Positions 55,218 through 63,047 of a stretch of 63,866 nt of DNA are shown piece after piece (positions within the stretch are counted from its first letter, which is position 1; each line of letters starts with the position of its first letter). Position numbers and translations under genes: made by a program. The notes under the pieces are model-generated. The model saw only the letters and a program-made list of their open reading frames with translations, had not been told where the DNA came from and searched no databases. This stretch comes from a virus. Lineage: Duplodnaviria; Caudoviricetes. Where the stretch lies: IMG/VR virus record IMGVR_UViG_3300037421_000079, positions 1 through 63,866 of that record. One strand, written 5' to 3'.

Positions 55218-56617
55218 TCTGCCGCCTGCCTCTGCTCCGCCCGCACCCGCCTGCGTAGCGCCCGCACGATCTCGTCGAACACGCTCGCCCAGTCCTGCCC
55301 CGGTCCCTGGTTGAACGTCCGGTGCTTCTTGTACCACAGGATTCTCTCCCCGCGCGGACCAAGCCTATAATCTCTGCCGAGGAATGAATACGGTATCCAG
55401 ACTTCCTTGCCGGCTAGCCCGGCGATGTGCCCGAGGGCCGACTCGCAGCATACCACGAGGTCGAGGTCGCGGAGAATGTCGAGCGTCGCCACCACGTCGA
55501 CCAGGTAGCCCGACAGGTCGCGGATCACCGGGGCGGCGCCCGCGTCGTGCAGGTCCTTGGCGCGCTCGCCTGCCTGCAGGCTGTAGAGCTGCACGCCGGG
55601 CGCCCGGTACAGGTCGAGGAACTGCTGCACCGGGATCGACCGGTACTTGTTAATGTCGTTCTGGGTCGAGCCCGCCCACGCGATGCCCACGTGGAGCAGC
55701 CGATCCGGCACCTTCCAGTTGGCGGGCGTCTCGTAGACCGGGTAGTCGATGGCGGGCGCGTTCCTGATCTCCTGGTCGGTCAGCCCGAGCGCGAACGGGA
55801 GGCTGACGAACGTCGTCCAGGCATCCGCCTGCGGGAAGCTGATGCCGGCCTGCGGGACCACGTTGACGTTGGGCAGGTGCGCGAACGCGTGGTTGAACAG
55901 CCGCAGCAGCTCGGACGGGATGCTGACATGGACGTACTTGCAGCGCTCGGCCGCGGTCGCCACGAACCGCGAGTACGACAGCGTGTCGCCCAGCCCCTGG
56001 TCGGCCACCAGGAATACGGTCTTATCGCGCTCGCCCGTCCACTTGGGGTACGGGTAGAGCAGGAAGTTGGTGAGCCGGTAGGGATAGCGAGCCTCGAAGT
56101 GGCGAAGGCCCTTCTGGTACTGACCGTCGAACAGGTAGGCGAACGCCGCCGCCATCCCGACGATCGCGTTGGCGGGCTCCAGTGCATAGGCCCTGTCCGC
56201 GCAGGTGACGCTGGCGCGCTGGTCGCCCAGGATGCCGTGGATCAGGCTCAGGTTCATCCACGCGTACGCCAGCGTCGGGTCGAGGTCGACGGCCTTCTGG
56301 GACCACTCCAGGGCCTCGCGGGTCTCGCCCGCCCGGTGCAGGCACCAGCCGATGTTGCACATCGTCTTGGCGCGCTCGGTCTGGTCGGGGATGTCGCACT
56401 CCAGCGCGCGCCGGTAGCACGCGACGGCGGCCTCCACGAGGCTGAGGTCGGAGTCGTTGTTGCCGGCCTGGTAGAACGGGAGCCAGTAGGTGGGGTCCGC
56501 GTAGCAGGCGGAACTGAATAGTTGGAAGCCGTTGTTGGCCCCCTTCGGGTTGGTCTTGTCGTTGACGCTCGCGACGGCAGCGTTGTAAAGTTGGACGGCA
56601 GTCGGACGGTCACCCAC
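55214..56617 (-). CDS. TPR + GT9-like glycosyltransferase
   Basis: TPR repeats; DQGLGD, VGIAWAGS, YSLQ, DLVV..ES..GHIAG. Confidence 0.88.
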   Translation of the reverse strand: MGDRPTAVQLYNAAVASVNDKTNPKGANNGFQLFSSACYADPTYWLPFYQAGNNDSDLSLVEAAVACYRRALECDIPDQTERAKTMCNIGWCLHRAGETREALEWSQKAVDLDPTLAYAWMNLSLIHGILGDQRASVTCADRAYALEPANAIVGMAAAFAYLFDGQYQKGLRHFEARYPYRLTNFLLYPYPKWTGERDKTVFLVADQGLGDTLSYSRFVATAAERCKYVHVSIPSELLRLFNHAFAHLPNVNVVPQAGISFPQADAWTTFVSLPFALGLTDQEIRNAPAIDYPVYETPANWKVPDRLLHVGIAWAGSTQNDINKYRSIPVQQFLDLYRAPGVQLYSLQAGERAKDLHDAGAAPVIRDLSGYLVDVVATLDILRDLDLVVCCESALGHIAGLAGKEVWIPYSFLGRDYRLGPRGERILWYKKHRTFNQGPGQDWASVFDEIVRALRRRVRAEQRQAAE

Positions 56618-56647
56618 GTCTAAATTCTCCGCTCATTTTGGCGCATG

Positions 56648-56839
56648 TTAGGCAAGAGCGTCGTAACAGTGATCGTTTTTGACCGGTTCCCAACTGCACT
56701 TTTCGCAGATGATTCGATCCTTCCCCTCATTGTCGGTGCACGTCATAATACGCATGCGACCGCAGTTCGGACAATCGTCCCCGGTGTAGTTGCCATAAGC
56801 CCACCAGTGATAATCGAGCATCGGCATGGCACATGTCAT
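56648..56839 (-). CDS. Zn-ribbon small protein
   Basis: CPNCGR...CEKC. Confidence 0.7.
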   Translation of the reverse strand: MTCAMPMLDYHWWAYGNYTGDDCPNCGRMRIMTCTDNEGKDRIICEKCSWEPVKNDHCYDALA

Positions 56840-57096
56840 CTATGTCTGCCGTCAATCGGCTCAAAGTCCAAGCCCATTGACGTTGTGGCTTGGAAGATAA
56901 TTCCAGGCGCCGTCATCGCGCTAGCACATTCTTCGGCGTTGCCTGTTTCCATCCAATAAGTTCGAAACTCGTATAGAGAACAGCCTATTTTGCGAGCGGC
57001 CTCCTTCTGGCTTTTGGCTGCAATGACAGTTCGCACTTGTCCGCCATGCTCGCGGCAGCGCTTCGGATTCATCATTAGTCCACCAAAAACCTTCAT
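56836..57096 (-). CDS. Hypothetical protein
   Basis: VIAAKSQKEAA...YWMETGN. Confidence 0.6.
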   Translation of the reverse strand: MKVFGGLMMNPKRCREHGGQVRTVIAAKSQKEAARKIGCSLYEFRTYWMETGNAEECASAMTAPGIIFQATTSMGLDFEPIDGRHR

Positions 57097-57283
57097 GGCT
57101 TTATCCGCTCTTCGCTTATGTCTGCCTACCAAGTCCATCTTTGAATCGGGAAAGCCAATTTGGCCATCCACCGAAAGGGATATGGCCCACGGTGCATGAA
57201 CCATCCCGGCTTTTCAAGGCGACACCACCAGCCACCGTTGCCTGAGAAAACGCTTATCGTTCGGCCTGCGCGCATGGCGGTCT

Positions 57284-57577
57284 CTATTTACATGCGCCGA
57301 GTTCAGCAACGTTTTCTGTCTGAACTACAGGGCGGAATTTATGTGCGTCAAGCGACCACTCCTGTTCATCGCCGTCGCTCCATGGAATAGATGGGTTTGG
57401 AAGCTCAACCAACCGGATACCATAGCCGGGAATGTTCGGCTCTTGATGGATCGACTCAACGGTATAGACCTCGTTCAACTTCGGGCGAAGCGGCATGTAG
57501 GGAGCCGTTTCTGGATTGATCGAATCATCGATGCAGACGACTTTCTGGCCTATTTTGAACATCGGTTCCTCGATCAT
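57284..57577 (-). CDS. SH3-like hypothetical protein
   Basis: FKIGQKVVCID...VYTV...FRP. Confidence 0.7.
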   Translation of the reverse strand: MIEEPMFKIGQKVVCIDDSINPETAPYMPLRPKLNEVYTVESIHQEPNIPGYGIRLVELPNPSIPWSDGDEQEWSLDAHKFRPVVQTENVAELGACK

Positions 57578-57705
57578 TCATCAGCATCTATGGTTGACCC
57601 ATCGTCGGTTTCCAAGCCATCCACATCGCTAATAAAAATCTCAAGCGCGTCAAGGTGAGGTCTGACGCTGTCCGGCAAAGTGCTCCAATCTGTAAAAATC
57701 GTCAT
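57574..57705 (-). CDS. Small acidic protein (43 aa)
   Basis: GAGGGA RBS; ATGA coupling; 12 D/E. Confidence 0.5.
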   Translation of the reverse strand: MTIFTDWSTLPDSVRPHLDALEIFISDVDGLETDDGSTIDADE

Positions 57706-57861
57706 GGTCCCTCGCGATCGTCAGGTACATGCGCTACAAAGGTGAGCCCGCCGGCCGGCCGTCCTTACGGGTAGGCCCCACCGCCCATATAGGGCGCTGG
57801 AAAAAGGATCGACGGGCTCGCCTTCATCGCGCTTGTTCATCAAGACATGCCTATCCGGTTT

Positions 57862-58908
57862 TCACCCATGACCACTAACCGTAGGGTGCTGCCACGTTCC
57901 CTTGTAGAGCCCGTCATAGGTCGGGCTTTCGCCGTTCGCGCCGATGCCGAGCAAGCTGCGAAAGGCGTTGAACGGGTAGAAACGGCGGTTGAAGCGAAAG
58001 GCGAACTCGTTGAGGTAGGCTTGCAGATGCTTCGGGCTGACCGCGCCGTGGTGCGTGCCTTGCAGCCACGCCTTCAGGTTCGAAAAGACCAAGTGGACAA
58101 TGGGCAGATATTCTTCGGCCACGTCGGGCTTGGAGGCTTCGACCACCGGCAGATGCTCGTACCCGCGATCGGCAAGCGAATTGTACCCGCCCCAAGCGTC
58201 CGTGATGACCATCGCGCCGGGGTAGACGGCGGATTCCACAAACTCGCACAATGCCTTGGCGCCCCGGTTCGCGGCGATATCGAGCCGCAGCCGGCCAGCG
58301 TAGCGCCCGCCGCGCCGTTCCGGCTTGTCGCCCTTCTTGGGCGGGCGCTGGCGAACCTCGACGGCTGCGACCACGAGCGTCTTTTCGTCGGCATGGACGC
58401 CCTTGCCTTCGCCCCGGACCACCCCGCCGATGTACGTCTCGTCAATCTCGACGTGGTCGCGCCGGCCAAGGTTGCCGCCGATCATGTCGCGATCCGGCCG
58501 GACCATGCCGGCCCGCAGCTTGTGGAGGATTTGAAAGGCCGTCTCGTACCGGGACAGGCGAAGCTGCCGCTGGAACTGCACCGCCGACAGGCCGGGCGTC
58601 ATGCTCGATACGAGGTAGGCGCCCCAAAACCATACGGCGAGCGGCGTGTGCGTGCGCTCCATGACGCTTGCGGCGGTCAAGGCCGCGTCCCGGCGGCAAG
58701 CCTTGCATCGCAGCACCCCCGGCCGATTTTCGAACCGGTAGGGCTCTCCTTTGACGTGGCACGCCGGGCACGCGAAGCCCTTGGGCCACTTGGCGCTTTC
58801 CAGCCATCGGGCGCAGGCCGCGTCGTTCGGAAAGAGCCGCTGGAACTGCGGCAGCGAACGCGGGAACGGCAGGTGTTCCCATTGGAGCACGTCGGCGTGC
58901 GGGGGCAT
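57862..58908 (-). CDS. tnpA: IS1595-family transposase
   Basis: Zn ribbon CPAC..CKAC; HTH; EIDETY; ITDAWGGY; PIVH...NLK; YLNEFAFRFNRR. Confidence 0.95.
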   Translation of the reverse strand: MPPHADVLQWEHLPFPRSLPQFQRLFPNDAACARWLESAKWPKGFACPACHVKGEPYRFENRPGVLRCKACRRDAALTAASVMERTHTPLAVWFWGAYLVSSMTPGLSAVQFQRQLRLSRYETAFQILHKLRAGMVRPDRDMIGGNLGRRDHVEIDETYIGGVVRGEGKGVHADEKTLVVAAVEVRQRPPKKGDKPERRGGRYAGRLRLDIAANRGAKALCEFVESAVYPGAMVITDAWGGYNSLADRGYEHLPVVEASKPDVAEEYLPIVHLVFSNLKAWLQGTHHGAVSPKHLQAYLNEFAFRFNRRFYPFNAFRSLLGIGANGESPTYDGLYKGTWQHPTVSGHG

Positions 58909-58912
58909 GTTT

Positions 58913-59245
58913 CTACCGCCCCTTGCGCAAATCGTTCAACTTGGCGGTCGCGGCGGCTAGGTCGTCCCGCAGAACAGCACAATGGCCAACGTCCTCAGCG
59001 ACCGCTAGATCATCCGCAAGCTCGCGGACTAGGCGTTCCTGATTCCCCACAAGCTGCTTCTGATTGCGGATCAAGCTGTGCTCAGCATAGCACTTCGGAT
59101 CGCCGACCGTGCCACAGGTGGGGCATTCCGGGCAAATACAGTCGTCAACCGAAGCGCCGCATATGTCGCATGGCCCCTCGTCCTGATCGGGTGGTCCGCT
59201 GCATCCCGGCGGATATGACCAGCCGAAAACTGATCTTCTTGCCAT
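58913..59245 (-). CDS. Cys-rich passenger gene
   Basis: FGWSYPPGC...CDICG...CICPECPTCG...C. Confidence 0.75.
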   Translation of the reverse strand: MARRSVFGWSYPPGCSGPPDQDEGPCDICGASVDDCICPECPTCGTVGDPKCYAEHSLIRNQKQLVGNQERLVRELADDLAVAEDVGHCAVLRDDLAAATAKLNDLRKGR

Positions 59246-59250
59246 GGCGA

Positions 59251-59481
59251 TCACCACCCGAACTCGTCGCCGCGTTCCAAAATGCGGATGTTCGTGCAGC
59301 CGTTATCGCCAAGCAGCGAGCGGACAGCCTCATCCACCGTGGCAAATTCCTTACCCGAGCCGTAGGGCGAGGCCGTAGCCGAAAACCGGCCTTTCCATTC
59401 GTGAATCCGCACGACCTTCCGGTCGGCTCGATATTGCTCTGCAATATGGTCGGCAGAGACTACACAAAGCTGGTTCGCCAT
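59251..59481 (-). CDS. Passenger gene, hypothetical
   Basis: GGAGAGG RBS. Confidence 0.7.
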   Translation of the reverse strand: MANQLCVVSADHIAEQYRADRKVVRIHEWKGRFSATASPYGSGKEFATVDEAVRSLLGDNGCTNIRILERGDEFGW

Positions 59482-59577
59482 CTTCCTCTCCATCAGTGGG
59501 CAGGATCGCCCAATGACGAGACACTAGCACGGGTGGGTGTGGGTGTCAACCGGATAGGCATGCATCAAGACTGCCGC

Positions 59578-59970
59578 CTAAGCGGCCGTTTTCAGTTCAT
59601 CTTCGATACGTCGGATGAACGTGCGAACGTCCTGCATCAGAAAGCCGAGCGCGTCTTCTGGCGTCTGACCTTCAGCGATGAATTGTTTGGCACCCTGGAA
59701 CCAGGCGGTATACCCGCCGCCGCGATTGGGATTGATCTCTAACAGAGCGTCGCCAACCGCGTGCCCATCCAATGCAGTGCCCTTTTCGATCTGCCAGTGC
59801 CAGCCGAGATTTTCCCATACCTTCGGCTGCCACCCGTCGCCCATGCGAGCGGCGAGCGCAGCCGCATCGGTAACGGCGCGATCGTAGTCCACCCTTTTGC
59901 AGCGACCGCCGCAGCGCGGCGAACAATAGATGCCGCCGGGCTGAATTTTAGGGGTCCAATCACAGGCCAT
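59578..59970 (-). CDS. Hypothetical protein
   Basis: YCSPRCG...WENLGWH; AGGAG RBS. Confidence 0.7.
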   Translation of the reverse strand: MACDWTPKIQPGGIYCSPRCGGRCKRVDYDRAVTDAAALAARMGDGWQPKVWENLGWHWQIEKGTALDGHAVGDALLEINPNRGGGYTAWFQGAKQFIAEGQTPEDALGFLMQDVRTFIRRIEDELKTAA

Positions 59971-60012
59971 TCGTTGATCTCCTATCCGATCACTCACCGT
60001 CAGCGCCAACCA

Positions 60013-60222
60013 TCAGGTAGATGATTTGATATGAGTGATGTCAGCGTACTTACTGTTCCTGAGTCCCGTGGCCCAGCAGATCGTGTGCGTGGTCGTGCCC
60101 AGCAGCTTGGTGTCGTGGACCCACTCTTGATTGTCTGATCGCTGGCGCAACGGCGCTCCACATTTGCATGAGGGGCAAATGATTGTGTAAAGTTCTTCCA
60201 GCGAGGCCGTGACGAACATCAA
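60013..60222 (-). CDS. Small Cys/His protein
   Basis: CPSC...WVH...C. Confidence 0.55.
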   Translation of the reverse strand: MMFVTASLEELYTIICPSCKCGAPLRQRSDNQEWVHDTKLLGTTTHTICWATGLRNSKYADITHIKSST

Positions 60223-60413
60223 ACGAACCCCTTATCCTTCGCGAGCCACTCGGGCATCGTCACGTCGACCAACCCTGCGTTCAAGGCATTCGGCGCCTGC
60301 TCTACTTGCGACTTTGGCAGCCACTTCGCGCTTGGACCCTGACCGTCGTCGGAAAACAAGATGGCGCGCTCGGTTTCGTGGTGCACCACACCGGTGATGT
60401 CGATGAGCTTCAT
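60219..60413 (-). CDS. Small conserved phage protein
   Basis: HETERAIL...WLPKSQVE...MPEWLAKDKG. Confidence 0.75.
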   Translation of the reverse strand: MKLIDITGVVHHETERAILFSDDGQGPSAKWLPKSQVEQAPNALNAGLVDVTMPEWLAKDKGFV

Positions 60414-61114
60414 GCCCCAACCCTCTCGATCAGCCGCTTGACTTGCGGGACGCGGAACGGAGTGCCGGCCCGACTCAGGTGCCCGCGCGCCCGCAACTCC
60501 TTGACGATCGCGTACGGGTGCTTGAACTCGCGCCGCATCTCCCGCACGCAATCGAGGATCGGGGCCTCGTCCGGGTTGGGCTCGACCACGGCCTCACGCC
60601 CGCGGCCCACGACCCTGTACCCAGTGGGGGCCTCGCCGCCCGCGTGCCCGCCGCGCTCTCGCTTGCCCCGCCGGCCGTCTCCGATGCGCTCGGCGATGCG
60701 GGTGCGCTCCAGCTCCGCCATGGCGGCCAGCAGGGTGAAGAAGAACTTGGCGATGCCGTTGCCGGTCACCGGCTCGGCCCCCATGTCGTACAGGATCAGG
60801 TCGATGCCGCGCGCCTTGAGGTCCTCGGCGTTGCCGAGCGCGTCGATCGCGGAGCGAAACATTCTATCTAGTTTCGCCGCCACGATGGTGTCGCCCGGCT
60901 GGGCCTCGTCCAGCATGCGCTTCCCGGCCGGGCGGTTCCTGAGCGGGATCGAGGCCGACACGCCCGGGTCGGTGTAGAGAGCCACGTCGAACTTGGCGAG
61001 GCCGCGCAGCATCGCGAGCCCGCGCACCACCTGCTCCTGCGACTCCAGGGAGGTGCGGCCGTCCTGGGCCTGCTCCTTAGAGCTGACGCGCAGATAGCCG
61101 AGGAGCATGATCAC
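60410..61114 (-). CDS. Serine recombinase (resolvase family)
   Basis: GYLRVSS..Q, DPGVSA, RP, KLDRMFR, AELER..I.ER, PTGY. Confidence 0.92.
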   Translation of the reverse strand: MIMLLGYLRVSSKEQAQDGRTSLESQEQVVRGLAMLRGLAKFDVALYTDPGVSASIPLRNRPAGKRMLDEAQPGDTIVAAKLDRMFRSAIDALGNAEDLKARGIDLILYDMGAEPVTGNGIAKFFFTLLAAMAELERTRIAERIGDGRRGKRERGGHAGGEAPTGYRVVGRGREAVVEPNPDEAPILDCVREMRREFKHPYAIVKELRARGHLSRAGTPFRVPQVKRLIERVGA

Positions 61115-61326
61115 ATTCTCCATTCGCTATAACAACGAACTTCTCTTCCGTCGATAATAGCGTGCCTTTCATATCGCATGACTCCGTTATGGTATTCAAG
61201 AAAGCGAACTTCATACCAACCTAGCCAGCACCAAATTTTATTGCCTGCGCAATCAGTTCCCACTAAAATCGGAACTAGCGCAAATCTTCGTTTCCACTCG
61301 TGTTTTACGCTAGTCTTAAAATACAT
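61111..61326 (-). CDS. Hypothetical protein (low GC)
   Basis: GGGAG RBS; W..FA..P...WLGW. Confidence 0.6.
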   Translation of the reverse strand: MYFKTSVKHEWKRRFALVPILVGTDCAGNKIWCWLGWYEVRFLEYHNGVMRYERHAIIDGREVRCYSEWRM

Positions 61327-61361
61327 GGCTTCGCTCCCATCCTGTAGTCACATGTAGTACG

Positions 61362-62378
61362 CTACTCGGCCGCTCGCGTCAAATGATTTCCACCCGCCTG
61401 TCGGCGGGCACGCAGGAAGTCCGCCACCAGCCCGATCCCCCGGTCCACGTCGATCGACGGCCGCCAGCCCGGCAGCAGGGCCTCCAGACGGTGGGTGTCG
61501 GCCACGCGCGAGAAGACCCCCTGGGGCTTGCTGGCGTCGTTCGCCACCTTGGGCGGGTGCTCCAGGACCATGCAGGCCCACTTGGCTAGCTGCCGGAACG
61601 AGAGCGCTTTGCCGGTCCCGATGTTGAGGGCCTCGCCCGGTTTTAGTTTGTTCATCGTGTCTAAGACGACTGTTACAACGTCCTCGATGTGGATGAAGTC
61701 GCGCTCCTGGTTGCCCGACCCCCACACAGTCACGGGGCTCTCGCCGTCCACCACTCGCTTGACGATGGACGGGAACGGGTAGGTCAGGTCCTGGTCCTCG
61801 CCGTAGCCGCCGAACGGGCGGTAGATCACCACGTCGAGACCGTGCCGCTCCACCGCCACCTTGGCGAGGCGCTCGCCGCTGAGCTTGCTCCACCCGTACG
61901 TCTGGTCGGGCATCCCGATCCGCATGCGGTTGAGGTCGACCAGGCCCTCGGATAATTTGCAGTGAGACTGCTCCTGCTGGAGGTCGACCGGGTAGACGGC
62001 CGATGACGAGAAGTAGACCACCTTCTGGTCTTTTCGACCGGTGCGGGCGAGCCAGCGGAAGAAGTCGCTGTCGATCGCGAGGTTCTGGGCGACAGCAAGC
62101 GGGTCGCCGTCGATGTTCTGCCGGCCGCCCACGACGGCGGCGCAGTGGATGACCAGGTCAAAATGATCGGCACGCTCACACTTAAAATAATCGCGCGTAT
62201 TTTGAAATTCGGATTTGAATGAATATGGGCCTTGAGTGGGACAGAATGCCCAGCCGAGCGGTATTTGCCCGGCGTCCAGGTTGTCCACAGCAGTCACGTT
62301 CCAGCCGTTGTCGACGAGGCGGCGGACGAACCTGCGCCCCACGAACCCGCAGCCGCCGGTCACCAGTGCGCGCTTCAT
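61362..62378 (-). CDS. NAD-dependent nucleotide-sugar epimerase/dehydratase
   Basis: TGGCGFVG, SSSAVY, YGWSK, RDFIHIED. Confidence 0.93.
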   Translation of the reverse strand: MKRALVTGGCGFVGRRFVRRLVDNGWNVTAVDNLDAGQIPLGWAFCPTQGPYSFKSEFQNTRDYFKCERADHFDLVIHCAAVVGGRQNIDGDPLAVAQNLAIDSDFFRWLARTGRKDQKVVYFSSSAVYPVDLQQEQSHCKLSEGLVDLNRMRIGMPDQTYGWSKLSGERLAKVAVERHGLDVVIYRPFGGYGEDQDLTYPFPSIVKRVVDGESPVTVWGSGNQERDFIHIEDVVTVVLDTMNKLKPGEALNIGTGKALSFRQLAKWACMVLEHPPKVANDASKPQGVFSRVADTHRLEALLPGWRPSIDVDRGIGLVADFLRARRQAGGNHLTRAAE

Positions 62379-62644
62379 CGCCTCCCCCCGAACTGCTGCT
62401 TCTGCTGCGCGTCCAGCTCCTCGGCCACCAGCTTGATGCGCGCGGACACCGCGCCGAGGAACTGCCCCACGTCGGCGGTCGAGTCCAGCACCAGTATCTC
62501 GATCGTCTTCCGGTTCTGGTCCGGGAGCACCAGCACGCAGGCGCCCCCGAAGCCCGAGGCGGCGTTGTGGTCGATCCGGTCGGCCATCTGGCGGAACTTC
62601 TGGCTGACGGCCTGTTCGGGGCGCTGGATCAGGGGTTCGTTCAT
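62375..62644 (-). CDS. Hypothetical protein
   Basis: Coupled ORF. Confidence 0.7.
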   Translation of the reverse strand: MNEPLIQRPEQAVSQKFRQMADRIDHNAASGFGGACVLVLPDQNRKTIEILVLDSTADVGQFLGAVSARIKLVAEELDAQQKQQFGGRR

Positions 62645-62835
62645 TTTTCGGGCCAGCCCATCAGTTTGTATTTGAAAAAATCGCCGATGCGTGCAGCCAC
62701 CTCGCAGTTGGCTTTATCTACGCCGTAAGTCGTGACGTGCTCACCCTCACCAACCGCTCGGCCAATAATTATGACCTGCGAGTAGCCGAATCGCTTCGCG
62801 ATCATTTTAGCCGAACTGATTGGGATCGACTTCAT
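62641..62835 (-). CDS. Small hypothetical protein
   Basis: IPISSAK.IA...GYSQVII...HVTTYG. Confidence 0.7.
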   Translation of the reverse strand: MKSIPISSAKMIAKRFGYSQVIIIGRAVGEGEHVTTYGVDKANCEVAARIGDFFKYKLMGWPEK

Positions 62836-63047
62836 CTGATCTTCCTGAAGGCGTACTGCCCCTTGATGTCGCTGTTGAGCATCTGGCCGACGCTCGGGGC
62901 GCGGCTGAGCGCGATGGCGGTGCCCTCGTCGACCCCGTCGTACTCGTACACCGACCCGTTGGTGAACGTGACCGTCATGGTGCCGGGCTCCTCCCAGCCG
63001 ACCTCGGACACGTTGGAGCTGAACACGCTTCGGGACCAGCCCATCAT
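62832..63047 (-). CDS. KTSC-domain protein
   Basis: SSNVSEVGW...VTF.NG.VYEY..V...APSVG...N..IK. Confidence 0.88.
   Translation of the reverse strand: MMGWSRSVFSSNVSEVGWEEPGTMTVTFTNGSVYEYDGVDEGTAIALSRAPSVGQMLNSDIKGQYAFRKIR

Larger units (their letters stand above)
57846..59562 (-). mobile_element. IS1595-family (ISSod11-type) element with passenger genes, 1717 bp
   Basis: IRs CATGCCTATCCGGTT(tt/ga)CACCC; 8-bp TSD CATCAAGA at 57838-45 and 59563-70. Confidence 0.95.

Noticed and set aside
57405-57425. AACCGGATAC resembling an IS end
   Set aside because: Short match inside a gene with no partner IR or TSD found.
57847-59742. 631-aa plus-strand ORF over the IS
   Set aside because: Antisense shadow of the transposase and passenger genes; it crosses the IS boundary and has no recognisable motifs.
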